Shown piece by piece: positions 1-8,949 of a stretch of 64,000 bases of DNA. The stretch lies in IMG/VR virus record IMGVR_UViG_3300032087_006189; one strand, written 5' to 3'. The stretch comes from a virus. A program made the position numbers and the translations under genes. Position 1 is the stretch's first letter; each line of letters starts with the position of its first letter. The notes beneath the pieces are model-generated. The model had not been told where the DNA came from. It did not search any database and saw nothing but the letters and a program-made list of their open reading frames with translations.

Positions 1-281
1 TAGTAGAGGCGGGCACCCACCTGCGTCTCATCCACATCGATCTCGTCGATGTTGTTGCGCGGATCGGGAAACTCAGCCTGAGTGATCGACAGCGCAGCCT
101 GATTGTAGTCCTGCGTTGTGTACTCAGCGTCTCCGTTGAGAGATCCAGTCGCATCGATTGCCTCAATGATCTGATAGCAAGGGGCGACAACAACGGGGTT
201 GAGGGTGGGTGCGGCAACAGCAGCAGGAGTCTCTTGAAGCTCCTGAACAACAATCACACCAGGGCGGTTTTCGCTTGCCAT
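1..281 (-). CDS. Tail sheath protein, N-terminal part (runs off the window; not in ORF track)
   Basis: Manual translation from ATG 281 gives MASENRPGVIVVQELQETPAAVAAPTLNPVVVAPCYQIIE. RPGV-x-V-x-E is the typical sheath N-terminus. AGGAG RBS upstream; open to the window edge. Confidence 0.65.
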   Translation of the reverse strand, partial: MASENRPGVIVVQELQETPAAVAAPTLNPVVVAPCYQIIEAIDATGSLNGDAEYTTQDYNQAALSITQAEFPDPRNNIDEIDVDETQVGARLY

Positions 282-293
282 GGGAGCTTGCTC

Positions 294-1133
294 CTAGTCT
301 TCCTGAAAGGCTTCGAGGCCCGAGATTTGGAAATCTTCGATGCCTGCGTGAACAGTATCGACGGCGGGTTGATGGTAAGTGGGGATGCCGTTGCTTTCGT
401 TGACGATTCTACTGTTGCTTAGCCGACGGACGCGGACGTCGTCGGTGCTCATCGCCAATCTTACTGATGCCACGGTAACATCTTCTTCGAAATCATACTC
501 TGATGCTCTCCGAGAAGATGTGATTTGGTTGAGAGAACGGAACTGGGGTTGCTGCTTGGGCGTAGTTTCCCATGTCCACTGGATCTGGAAAGGTATATTT
601 ACCTGACACATGATCAACTGGCCGGGGTCACCCATGACAAGCGCGCCTGGCGGGCTTGGTGAGTTTACCGTAGGAGATGGCCGAGCGATAGAGTGGAAGC
701 CGCCCGGACTCTCCAAAAGACGCTGGTTTACTCGAGTGTGGTGCGACACGATGTGCGCAAGGCGCATTGCTGTGATGTCGGAATCAGCGAGGCAATAAAC
801 AACCAGGTGCCCGGACAGGAGATCGGTACGCTTTCTGGCACCCGTATTCATGTTCAAAGACAGCATGTTGTCGATGCCGATGTTGCCGAACTGGTATGGC
901 CCCATCACAACAGTGATTGCCGGGCGCTTGCCCACGACTTCCGTATTGAGAGGGGCTTGGCCTCGGATCATAATCTCCGAGACTTCATCGTCGGGTTCCC
1001 AATGGAAAGTCCCAGAGGGCATCCAGTTGAAGAGGCCCTGGAGGTACTGCACATACAAACGCAGCGCGAAAACAGCAGGATCTTCTCCCCGGCTGATCTC
1101 AAGCGCTGAGCGTCTGGTGTGTGCAAAACTCAT
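294..1133 (-). CDS. Putative tail completion/terminator-type neck protein
   Basis: 279 aa between the neck genes and the sheath; RPAITV motif and beta-rich pattern. Function inferred from position. Confidence 0.4.
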   Translation of the reverse strand: MSFAHTRRSALEISRGEDPAVFALRLYVQYLQGLFNWMPSGTFHWEPDDEVSEIMIRGQAPLNTEVVGKRPAITVVMGPYQFGNIGIDNMLSLNMNTGARKRTDLLSGHLVVYCLADSDITAMRLAHIVSHHTRVNQRLLESPGGFHSIARPSPTVNSPSPPGALVMGDPGQLIMCQVNIPFQIQWTWETTPKQQPQFRSLNQITSSRRASEYDFEEDVTVASVRLAMSTDDVRVRRLSNSRIVNESNGIPTYHQPAVDTVHAGIEDFQISGLEAFQED

Positions 1134-1459
1134 TTGTCATCCAAAAAAGATCGAAGAGAGGCCTTCTTCTCTTGAGATCTGCGCTTGTCCATCTGATCTT
1201 TGATGTGCTCCGCGAGTGCATAACTGCCGACTGCGCCAGCCGTACCCGCGCCAGCGGCTCCGATGGACTGAATATGCCGCATCATCTGCAGCCTCTTCGC
1301 CTTTGGCATATTTCGTAGCCGGGACTGGATCCCGCGAGACTTGAGAACCTTGTGAGTGAGGTATCCCCCTCCGACTCCGCCAATCAAAGAACCCGCGCCA
1401 GCAGCGAGCGTAGGGAGAGCCACGATCTCAGCGATGCTCTTCTTTTTATCGTCTTTCAT
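1130..1459 (-). CDS. Small basic glycine-zipper protein
   Basis: Two GxxxG-rich hydrophobic segments; EKKAS near the C-terminus; 4-nt overlaps with both neighbours. Confidence 0.6.
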   Translation of the reverse strand: MKDDKKKSIAEIVALPTLAAGAGSLIGGVGGGYLTHKVLKSRGIQSRLRNMPKAKRLQMMRHIQSIGAAGAGTAGAVGSYALAEHIKDQMDKRRSQEKKASLRSFLDDK

Positions 1460-2334
1460 TGTCTCACTCGGTAGAGGCCAAAGACATCCAGACTTGATGT
1501 CTGCGACGCCTGCAGCGTCTGAGCATTCTGGAAGTTCCTCTGAGGAACCAGAGTGACGGTCTCAGTATTGACCTTAAGAGGGATCTTGTCTTCGATAGAG
1601 CCTTTTTGAATCAAAACGAGTTTGAGTTCTGCTCGGACGAGGCAGCCAAACATCGAGGTTCCGCCTGACTCTACGACTCGATACCTGCGATTTTGGTGAT
1701 CAATGATCAAATCCAGAGGTTTGATACCCGGAGATGGCCCGCATCGAAGCTGGGACATCTGCACTCTGCGGTGGTCGTCTACACTGACCTGCTCAGTCTC
1801 TGGGCTGGCATCAACTTGGCCCCAGAAAGATGTGGGGTAATGGTACCCGCCGCTGAACCCAGTTCCCCAACAAGTAGGGCATCGTGCGTCCACGGTCTTA
1901 CCGAGCACATCATCGTAGCAATTGGGACACCGCTGCCCAAATGACCTGCGGGGAAACAGCCAGCATTTGACTCCGACGAACTCCTCAAAGAGAACTCGCT
2001 CTCTTCGGATCATCTCTGCGGCAAGAAGAGCTGGCGGGCCCTCTCTATCTACCGTAGCAGAATATATCGTACGGTCGGTGGGCACATGTTTGCAGCGAAC
2101 CCGGTAGTACATTGTCCGCGCGTTCGTCGTGATGGTGTGAACGCTGTTGTCGCGAATGTAGTACTGATCGATCAACGGGCCTGCGATGGTATCCCAGGGT
2201 CCAGCTTCGGCTTCGGCACGCTCCACGTAGAACTCGTACTGCTGAATGTCTTCAGCAGTCGGCTCAATCTCCCAGAAGAAGTCGTAGTAATCCAGGGAGA
2301 ACGAAACTACGCGCTCGTTCCGAAACTTGATCAC
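1456..2334 (-). CDS. Putative head-completion/neck protein with Zn finger
   Basis: RCPNCYD..CPTCWGTGFSGGY; beta-sandwich-like N-terminus; neck-region position. Confidence 0.5.
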   Translation of the reverse strand: MIKFRNERVVSFSLDYYDFFWEIEPTAEDIQQYEFYVERAEAEAGPWDTIAGPLIDQYYIRDNSVHTITTNARTMYYRVRCKHVPTDRTIYSATVDREGPPALLAAEMIRRERVLFEEFVGVKCWLFPRRSFGQRCPNCYDDVLGKTVDARCPTCWGTGFSGGYHYPTSFWGQVDASPETEQVSVDDHRRVQMSQLRCGPSPGIKPLDLIIDHQNRRYRVVESGGTSMFGCLVRAELKLVLIQKGSIEDKIPLKVNTETVTLVPQRNFQNAQTLQASQTSSLDVFGLYRVRQ

Positions 2335-3368
2335 GATCCGCCCCGAAGTTGCCGACGCATCAGCGCCCCTCCGATCGCTGCTCCAGCAGCTCCCTGCCCT
2401 GCGGCGGAGACCTTCGGATTGCGCGCCTCGAAGTCTGAGATCTTTTTCCGCAGGTCAAGGAGCTTCCGCTCTCGATGGGTAGACTTGGTCTTTCCGTCGA
2501 GCTCTTCCTTTTTGTTCAGTGCGGCTTCCTGCTGCAGGAGCTTCTTTTGGGAGCGGGTCAGACCCTTTTCACCCTTTCTTGAGGAGTAAAGGGACGATCC
2601 AACGCCAATCGCGCCCGTAAGTCCCGCTGCGAGGCCAATCTGGCCCTGTCGAGAGCGGACAAAATCCTTCATCTTGGAGTACTTTCGCCCGTCAGCTGAA
2701 GCAATCTTGTAGTTCGTGCCCTTGTACGTCATGTACTTGGCTGTCGGAGACTTTTTCCTTCCCATAGCAGCCAGGTACATGGCCTCCGGAGGAGCTTTGC
2801 GGATTGGCGTAGAGGTAAGACTCATCTTGAGTCCCCTCATACGATCTCCAATCGTAGGCTTCTTTTGAGGAGGCGCAGAAGCAGCTTTTTCTTGCTTGAT
2901 CCTCTCTGACTCTCTCTTCGCCATCATTCTCGATGCCATGGCAGGCGGCAGAACTGTGGGAATAGCCAGTAGCGGCCCAGTAATTTCCGTATCCATGCGA
3001 TCCATGATTCCACCTCGAACCATGTTTACGCCTGCGCCGCCCAGTACTGCACCTCCGGATAGCGCCCCCGTCAGGCCACCCGCTATTCTGGCCTTACGGA
3101 TGATCTGCTCGCGCTCCTTCTTGGAGTGTCCCTTCAGAAGTCTTGGATCGACAGGAAGGGCTGCTCCAAAAGTCCCACCAACCGCAGCCCCACCAAGTCC
3201 CATCCCTACAGGAATAGCTGCAACCGGAAACCCGGCTGCTGTCTTCTCTGGTTGGGTCAGCTCCGCCCAGTATTCCACTGCGGCGAGTTGCCGCTCCATC
3301 GGAGACGGAGTCTTCCAAAGCTCATCTGGAATCTGTGAATGCGGGTTTGCGAACAAGTCTTCAGACAT
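2331..3368 (-). CDS. Glycine-zipper polyprotein-like head-region protein
   Basis: Start moved to ATG 3368 (GAGGT RBS). EKTAA, EKAAS and YKIAS separate Gly-rich hydrophobic modules. Confidence 0.65.
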   Translation of the reverse strand: MSEDLFANPHSQIPDELWKTPSPMERQLAAVEYWAELTQPEKTAAGFPVAAIPVGMGLGGAAVGGTFGAALPVDPRLLKGHSKKEREQIIRKARIAGGLTGALSGGAVLGGAGVNMVRGGIMDRMDTEITGPLLAIPTVLPPAMASRMMAKRESERIKQEKAASAPPQKKPTIGDRMRGLKMSLTSTPIRKAPPEAMYLAAMGRKKSPTAKYMTYKGTNYKIASADGRKYSKMKDFVRSRQGQIGLAAGLTGAIGVGSSLYSSRKGEKGLTRSQKKLLQQEAALNKKEELDGKTKSTHRERKLLDLRKKISDFEARNPKVSAAGQGAAGAAIGGALMRRQLRGGS

Positions 3369-3375
3369 CCTGACC

Positions 3376-3876
3376 TCAGAAGTTCGAGAAGTAGACGCCG
3401 TTGATGACAAAGTACTCCGACTCGACACCCCCGCCCTCAAATGCGCGCTCTACATTTAGGGACGACTTGATGCGGATCTTCTTCTGCTCATAGCTATTGC
3501 GGAGCATCTGAATCCAGCCCATAAGGAACTGGGACTTGTCGGAGATGGAGACGGAAATGCCCCCGTCGGAATAGTTCATCTGGTTGCGCAGCTGAAGCAA
3601 TCCGACGGACTCGAGCACTCGGATGACCGCAGCTTCCCGCAGCATAGAAAGCGACGGGAAGTTGGTCAGCCCGAAGTTGCCGATGAACGGCGGAGTGGAG
3701 TTGAAGTCATCCAATGCGTCTACGACAGCCCAGGCGATCATCCGATCGCTGGTCTCCTCACCGGAAATCAGTCTGTTCAGTTCGGGAAAGTCCCGAAGGT
3801 AGAGACGGATCATGGCGACAATCTCATTCATCCGCTTGCTTGCGGAAGGAATGACCGTCGTAGACTCAAAGGACAT
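3376..3876 (-). CDS. Putative head-tail adaptor
   Basis: 166-aa helical protein downstream of the capsid gene (IRLYLRD..E..SD pattern). Function inferred from position. Confidence 0.5.
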   Translation of the reverse strand: MSFESTTVIPSASKRMNEIVAMIRLYLRDFPELNRLISGEETSDRMIAWAVVDALDDFNSTPPFIGNFGLTNFPSLSMLREAAVIRVLESVGLLQLRNQMNYSDGGISVSISDKSQFLMGWIQMLRNSYEQKKIRIKSSLNVERAFEGGGVESEYFVINGVYFSNF

Positions 3877-4343
3877 CAGCCAATCTCCTCGAAGTCATCC
3901 CCGACACGCTTCCAGCGGCGAAGCCAGAAGAACGCACCGGGATTGACATCGACACCATCGCGGAAGAGGGCACGAGAAAGAAGGATCGACAGCATCGCCG
4001 CACCAGGAGGGCGCTCGAACTGAAGCGGAGGAGTGATCATCGAGCAAAGCTCAAGAAGGTCATCCCGCTCCATGGTTGCCAGGTAATCCCGCGCCTCTTG
4101 CAGAGACATGGCATCTACACCGGATTCAAGCGCCTTGAGGGCAGACTTGCTGGTGGAGGTGAACATCGCAGGAAGGGTAGACCCAATCCACAGATATTTC
4201 CCATGAAGCTTCCTGACCTTCGGGGTCAGGAGGGCTTCGGGAACATCTGCGAACTTTCCGGGGCGGATCAATGTCTTGCCGACATAGATCGCACGAGGAA
4301 GCCCATCGGAGTTGGGACGGTCGCTGATGTTGTGGACGATCAT
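3876..4343 (-). CDS. Hypothetical virion-region protein
   Basis: Translationally coupled ORF, 155 aa. Confidence 0.6.
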   Translation of the reverse strand: MIVHNISDRPNSDGLPRAIYVGKTLIRPGKFADVPEALLTPKVRKLHGKYLWIGSTLPAMFTSTSKSALKALESGVDAMSLQEARDYLATMERDDLLELCSMITPPLQFERPPGAAMLSILLSRALFRDGVDVNPGAFFWLRRWKRVGDDFEEIG

Positions 4344-4897
4344 GCCATCAGCTCCATCAGTGCATCGACGAGCTTGGCCTTGGTCATGCCAGTTCCGTCA
4401 ACACCGAGTTGCGCAAGCTGAGCGCGAAGCTCCGCGTTCTTCTTCTTCTTGAGCTCGGCACGCATAGCATCCAGATCGACCTCGGGCTCCGATTCGGCCA
4501 CAGATTCGGCCACGGGCTCTTCGATTTCGGCCACAGGTTCTGGAGCTGGAGGCTCTTCGACAACTGGCTCAGGCTCGGGCTCAGCTACAACCGGTTCTGG
4601 TGCTGGAGCGGGAGCAGGTGTCGAATCCAATCCGGCCATTCCACGCAGATCTTCTTCGGAGATCTGCTTGTATGGCGAAGCGGAGAAAACCTTGAGTACT
4701 CCACACTTGGTCATGTTTGCAAGGAGGACGAAGTCCTCTGCAGCAAGTGCGGAAGTATCGATGTTGCGGCTTCGACGAGGCGGAAGACGCTGGCCACCGA
4801 TGAGGGGAGATGGCTGGACCATCCCAGGGTTCATACGGCGCAGTTCCCGAGTGTCGGGGCTGCGGACAACATTCTGGATGACGATCTTCACGTTCAT
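4340..4897 (-). CDS. Virion-associated protein with Pro/Glu linker and C-terminal Rho-N/SAP-like helix-extension-helix
   Basis: C-terminus LKKKKNAELRAQLAQLGVDGTGMTKAKLVDAL; CAGGAG RBS. Confidence 0.6.
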   Translation of the reverse strand: MNVKIVIQNVVRSPDTRELRRMNPGMVQPSPLIGGQRLPPRRSRNIDTSALAAEDFVLLANMTKCGVLKVFSASPYKQISEEDLRGMAGLDSTPAPAPAPEPVVAEPEPEPVVEEPPAPEPVAEIEEPVAESVAESEPEVDLDAMRAELKKKKNAELRAQLAQLGVDGTGMTKAKLVDALMELMA

Positions 4898-4915
4898 CTC
4901 CTGTGTAAAAGCGGA

Positions 4916-4946
4916 CGGCCCCAGCCCGATAGACGGACCGGGGCCG
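4916..4946 (-). terminator. Stem-loop after the major capsid gene (terminator or mRNA stabiliser)
   Basis: CGGCCCCGGUCCG-UCUAU-CGGGCUGGGGCCG, a 13-bp stem with G-U pairs, followed by UCCGCUUUU. Confidence 0.55.
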
Positions 4947-4969
4947 AAGTGGCTTCCAAGCGTCGTCTA

Positions 4970-6100
4970 TCAGAAGACGTTGATGCTCGGGAAGGTCAGA
5001 CCGTCAGCCACCTTGTTGTTGAGGGCGCCGATGTCGGACTCTTGAACCGGCTTGACCGCATCAGCAGCCGCAGCGGTAGAAGAGGCGTCGCCATCGTAGA
5101 GCTCAAGCTTCACCACAGCAGCGATGTTGCCGAAGCCCATGCCCACGTCCATCCAGGCCTGCCAGAAGATCCGGTTCGCGACCTTGTCGATGTAGAACTT
5201 CACATCGTTCAGGGTGTAGTTGCGACCGAAGAACTCCGGAGCCGTGAAGACATAGACGTTGCCTTCACGAAGGATGTCGTTCTTGATGGTGCGGATGATG
5301 CGCAGACCGAGGACCTTGTTGTAGGTGTAACCGTCGAGAGCGGTCTCGCTCTGGAGACGGTCACCGTAGTCCTCGTGAGTCCACTGATCGAAGTCGTCAG
5401 CATCGGACTCGGTCATCAGCATCAGAGCGGGACGCAGGCGGCCGGCACGGATGATGTTGCCACTGGAGTCGGAGATCTGGCGCTTGAGGAGCTTCTTGAT
5501 GTTCACGATGTCCGAGCGCTGGATAGCGTAGGTCGTGTAGTCAGAAGAGCCGCCAGCAGCCTGAGCAGCAAGGACACCCTTGATCTTCGACACGGAGGTC
5601 GAAGCCGAAGTGAACACGGTGGAGCCCGTGCCCTCTTCCTGCATGGCGTCGATGCAGGACTCGACGTGGTTCAGGAACTCGCGATCCTTCACCTCGACCA
5701 TGTCCTTGAGGCTGTTCTCCTCGATGATGCGCGTGATGGGCATCTCGTAGGCCATCAGCTCCTGCTCCACGATCTCGAACTTGAGGCTCGAGATGGTGAA
5801 GAAGCCGATCGCGTACCGCTTGCCGTTCACGTACTCAGCGGTGGGCTGACCACGGAAGTTGACGGCCATCGCGCGGGAACCCGGCTCGATGTCGACAATC
5901 TTCACGAGGGTGTCGTGCTCGGTGCTGCGCTGGAGGTCGCCACGCACAACGCGCTCGTTCGGAACGATCATGTCGGCGAAGCTGGACTCGCGCAGGCGGT
6001 CCTTGATGTAGTTCAGGGAAGCGGCGGCGGTCTTCGTCGGACCCTCAGTCTCGAGGCGCTCGATGAAGCCCGAGTTCACCATGTCAGCGGAATAATCCAT
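4970..6100 (-). CDS. Major capsid protein (HK97 fold presumed)
   Basis: 376 aa with strong codon bias; follows the protease/scaffold/decoration genes and precedes a hairpin; TKTAA at residues ~22-26 suggests a short propeptide. Confidence 0.75.
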   Translation of the reverse strand: MDYSADMVNSGFIERLETEGPTKTAAASLNYIKDRLRESSFADMIVPNERVVRGDLQRSTEHDTLVKIVDIEPGSRAMAVNFRGQPTAEYVNGKRYAIGFFTISSLKFEIVEQELMAYEMPITRIIEENSLKDMVEVKDREFLNHVESCIDAMQEEGTGSTVFTSASTSVSKIKGVLAAQAAGGSSDYTTYAIQRSDIVNIKKLLKRQISDSSGNIIRAGRLRPALMLMTESDADDFDQWTHEDYGDRLQSETALDGYTYNKVLGLRIIRTIKNDILREGNVYVFTAPEFFGRNYTLNDVKFYIDKVANRIFWQAWMDVGMGFGNIAAVVKLELYDGDASSTAAAADAVKPVQESDIGALNNKVADGLTFPSINVF

Positions 6101-6128
6101 GATGGTCTCCTATGGACTGTGGGGTAGG

Positions 6129-6701
6129 TCAGGGCACGACGTGGAGACCGGGCTGAAACAGAATCTCAGCGTCGTTCTCACCGTGAACGCGGGTGATGAA
6201 GCCGGCGTACCAGTAGGTGCCGGACGAAAGGGCCCCTGCAGAAGTCGCGGACACAAGAGCGGAAACGATGTTCCCGTTCGCATCCTCTGCCGCAGAGACA
6301 AAGACCTTCTCGCCAAGAGGGTTGGTGCTGGTACACTCAATCATCTTGGTCCGGAACTCGAAGTTCGAAGGTCCCATGATAACGTGCGCCTTCCGGGTGA
6401 GCTGGGCGTCGTAGCGGCCACGCTCCTGGAAGTACATGAAGCAGGGAGTCGAAGAGAAGTCATCAAGGCTTGCGACCTTGCCTGCTCCCGTTGCGGTGGC
6501 GGTAGAGGCACCAACTCGTGTGAGCTTGCCTCCGGCAGCGTGCGTCAGCCACTCACCCTCAACAAGGGGAGCGTCTGAGTCCGGGTTGAAGGGGTTGAGT
6601 GCCGTAGCCTCGCCGATAGCAGTGTTCGGGGAGTAGGCCAGATCCCGGGTGTACAGAGTGGAATACCCGGGGTTCAGGATGGTGACAAACTTACCAGCCA
6701 T
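6129..6701 (-). CDS. Putative capsid decoration/cement protein
   Basis: 190 aa, rich in small residues, directly upstream of MCP; CAGGAG RBS. Confidence 0.5.
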   Translation of the reverse strand: MAGKFVTILNPGYSTLYTRDLAYSPNTAIGEATALNPFNPDSDAPLVEGEWLTHAAGGKLTRVGASTATATGAGKVASLDDFSSTPCFMYFQERGRYDAQLTRKAHVIMGPSNFEFRTKMIECTSTNPLGEKVFVSAAEDANGNIVSALVSATSAGALSSGTYWYAGFITRVHGENDAEILFQPGLHVVP

Positions 6702-6716
6702 CGTGATCTCCTGTGT

Positions 6717-7082
6717 TTATTCGCCGGAAAGGCAGAATGAGGTGAGGGGGTCCAGGGCGGAAGTCCCGGGATGGTCCGAAACGTCGGCAAGGCGAACAGT
6801 ACCAGCACTGGCCATCTTGACGGCTTCTCTGACGTTCTCAAGCTGCGCATGACCCCGAAGATGCGCAATCTTCTCTTCGAACGTCATGTCAGCATTGAGT
6901 CCTTTGTCTTCCATTTCCCGAGCCAGCTCAGCGATCTGGCCGTCCCGGTGGATGGAAGCAAGCTTTGTGCGGAGCTGGACATTTTCCATCTCCAGACTCG
7001 CGACCTTTTCAGTCAGCGAGCGAATGGTTGCGGCGCTCTTCGCAGAGACCGCAGCCAGTTCTGCGCTACCAATCTTAAGCAT
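6717..7082 (-). CDS. Coiled-coil scaffold-like protein
   Basis: Heptad pattern; AKSAA, EKVAS, TKLAS, VKMAS. Confidence 0.55.
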   Translation of the reverse strand: MLKIGSAELAAVSAKSAATIRSLTEKVASLEMENVQLRTKLASIHRDGQIAELAREMEDKGLNADMTFEEKIAHLRGHAQLENVREAVKMASAGTVRLADVSDHPGTSALDPLTSFCLSGE

Positions 7083-7096
7083 TGCGATCCTCGCGT

Positions 7097-7312
7097 TTAA
7101 ATGCGTCGAAGAAGTTGGTCGATTCGTGCTTGGCGGGCGTCTTGTTCGCTCATTCGCTCTTTCTCGGCGGTCGCCAACTTAAGGTGATTTGAGTTTACCG
7201 AAGAACTGATTCCTTCGCAAACTCCAATCATCGCTTCTTTGACGTGACTACCCAGCGCGCCAGAGTCGATGGCGTCAAAAAGGACCGAGTATTCTGCGAT
7301 TGAGCGGGGCAT
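7097..7312 (-). CDS. Small hypothetical head-region protein
   Basis: Fills the gap and is coupled to the upstream stop; VKEA and LKLA motifs. Confidence 0.45.
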   Translation of the reverse strand: MPRSIAEYSVLFDAIDSGALGSHVKEAMIGVCEGISSSVNSNHLKLATAEKERMSEQDARQARIDQLLRRI

Positions 7313-8055
7313 CAGCCTGCCATCCCACGAAGACGGTCTGCGACAGAGGGCTTCTCGCCAGATGCGATCTTGAGGTTGCCCTTGGAGGCAGCAGTGGGGA
7401 AGATCTGTGCTGCTGTTGCATCACCGAGCGTGTCGCTGGTGTGAGCGAAGGCTTCCTGAAGGCGGGCACGGGTGCTCTTCTTCAGATCGCGCCTGTTGGC
7501 GTTGACCGGGCCTTCATTGGTGTGGAGAGTCTGACGATAGGTCGAGTTCTCGTTGGCAGTGGTCACACCAGCAGAGGTCTCGGAGTCATGCTCAGCAGGG
7601 CCACCCATTCCGGCGGTCTTGTTTCCCATCAGCACATCGTAGAGCGAGGCACTCTCGGCCTGCTTGAAGGACTCGAGCATGGTCTTCTCGCCATCCTTGG
7701 CCTCTGGGGAAGCAGAAGACTGAGCCGGGCTGTTGCCGCTGACGAGGCCCTTCGGGTTCAGCTTCTTCTTGCCCTCAGAGGGGGCCTGACCCTGCACACC
7801 GGAGGCCATGGTCGGACCCTGTGCGGGACTGGTTGCCGACTTGTAGAAATCCCGAATCATCTCCTGGCGGAAGCCAGCAGCGTTGTCACCGCCGGAGGCG
7901 CTCAGGGAGATAAACTCGAGTGCGTTGGCGAGATCGGAGGCTTCCTTGACCAGCGCATCGCCGGCGGAAGCGGTCTTCATGGTCTCGACGGGAGTGTGGG
8001 CTCTGGCGCGAGCGGCCTCGAGAGCCTGGTCGATCATGCTTCTGTAGTTGCTCAT
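7312..8055 (-). CDS. Scaffold/core-like protein
   Basis: Low complexity; MKTAS, VKEAS, YKSAT, NKTAG, LKIAS. Confidence 0.6.
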   Translation of the reverse strand: MSNYRSMIDQALEAARARAHTPVETMKTASAGDALVKEASDLANALEFISLSASGGDNAAGFRQEMIRDFYKSATSPAQGPTMASGVQGQAPSEGKKKLNPKGLVSGNSPAQSSASPEAKDGEKTMLESFKQAESASLYDVLMGNKTAGMGGPAEHDSETSAGVTTANENSTYRQTLHTNEGPVNANRRDLKKSTRARLQEAFAHTSDTLGDATAAQIFPTAASKGNLKIASGEKPSVADRLRGMAG

Positions 8056-8064
8056 CGGAGACCT

Positions 8065-8949
8065 CTACATGACAGGTGGGGGTGAAGGCGTGCCCACTTG
8101 AGAAGTGGTGCCAGAGGAAATCAGGGAACCGGGGTTGCTACCGGTGGTGCTTGTTCCAGTCACCATAGCTTTGCCCGGTCCGGCTTTTTGAAACTTAGCG
8201 AGATTTCCGGCTTGCGCGGGCTTTGGGTCTGCAAGGCCCCGCGGGGTCCTTCCATTGGCAATGCCGGGAATTCTAAGGGGGCCAGACCGCCGATTCGCGG
8301 CCAGCTTATTCATTTCATCAAAGAAGAAGTGGAAGATCAGATCGTCTACAGAACCAAACTTGCCCATGAAGTGGTCATAAGCCGCTTTGGCCTGTCTGAA
8401 CGACTCGTCTGCTTCCGGATTATTGGGGTTGCGGTCGGGGTGAAATTTCAGTGCTTTCTTGCGGTACGCCTTTCTGAGCTCGTCTTGACTTAGCCCCTCA
8501 AACTCCTGGGCAAATTGATTTGCAGCCAGATCTTCGGGGGACAGCTGATTCTTCAGTGTAGGAGCAGGAGCAGGAGCAGCCTTTGCCTTGATGTCGTCTA
8601 CCGCTTGCCCGGCGCGGGCCTTCATCTTGTCCAGGCCGCCTCTCAACGTGTTCATGTTGAGATTGCCTGCCCGGTACATCGAGACGCCCTTACCGACCCC
8701 CGCGCCGAGACCGGCGCCCATGACCGCACCACCAAGGGTACGGCCAAGGACGCCTTGTCTCTTCCCGGTCTGGGGATCGGTTGGGGCGGTCGCAGCTCCG
8801 CTAATGCCACCACCGACAGCCCCAATCCCGGCACCAATCATGGTGCCGGTGGGCTTGAAGGCTTTTGGAGCTACGGAAGGCGCTGCCTTACCGACGGCTC
8901 CAATCGCCCCCTTTCCGATGGTAGCAATAGCGGTGCTGATACCCATCAA
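8065..8949 (-). CDS. Glycine-zipper protein with DnaJ J-domain
   Basis: [39 protein letters not shown], with intact HPD; N-terminal GxxxG segments. Confidence 0.8.
   Translation of the reverse strand: MMGISTAIATIGKGAIGAVGKAAPSVAPKAFKPTGTMIGAGIGAVGGGISGAATAPTDPQTGKRQGVLGRTLGGAVMGAGLGAGVGKGVSMYRAGNLNMNTLRGGLDKMKARAGQAVDDIKAKAAPAPAPTLKNQLSPEDLAANQFAQEFEGLSQDELRKAYRKKALKFHPDRNPNNPEADESFRQAKAAYDHFMGKFGSVDDLIFHFFFDEMNKLAANRRSGPLRIPGIANGRTPRGLADPKPAQAGNLAKFQKAGPGKAMVTGTSTTGSNPGSLISSGTTSQVGTPSPPPVM

Noticed and set aside
4409-6127. 572-aa plus-strand ORF antisense to the capsid gene
   Set aside because: Shadow ORF from strong codon bias of the real gene; no motifs or RBS. The same applies to 9333-10154 and 34183-35301.
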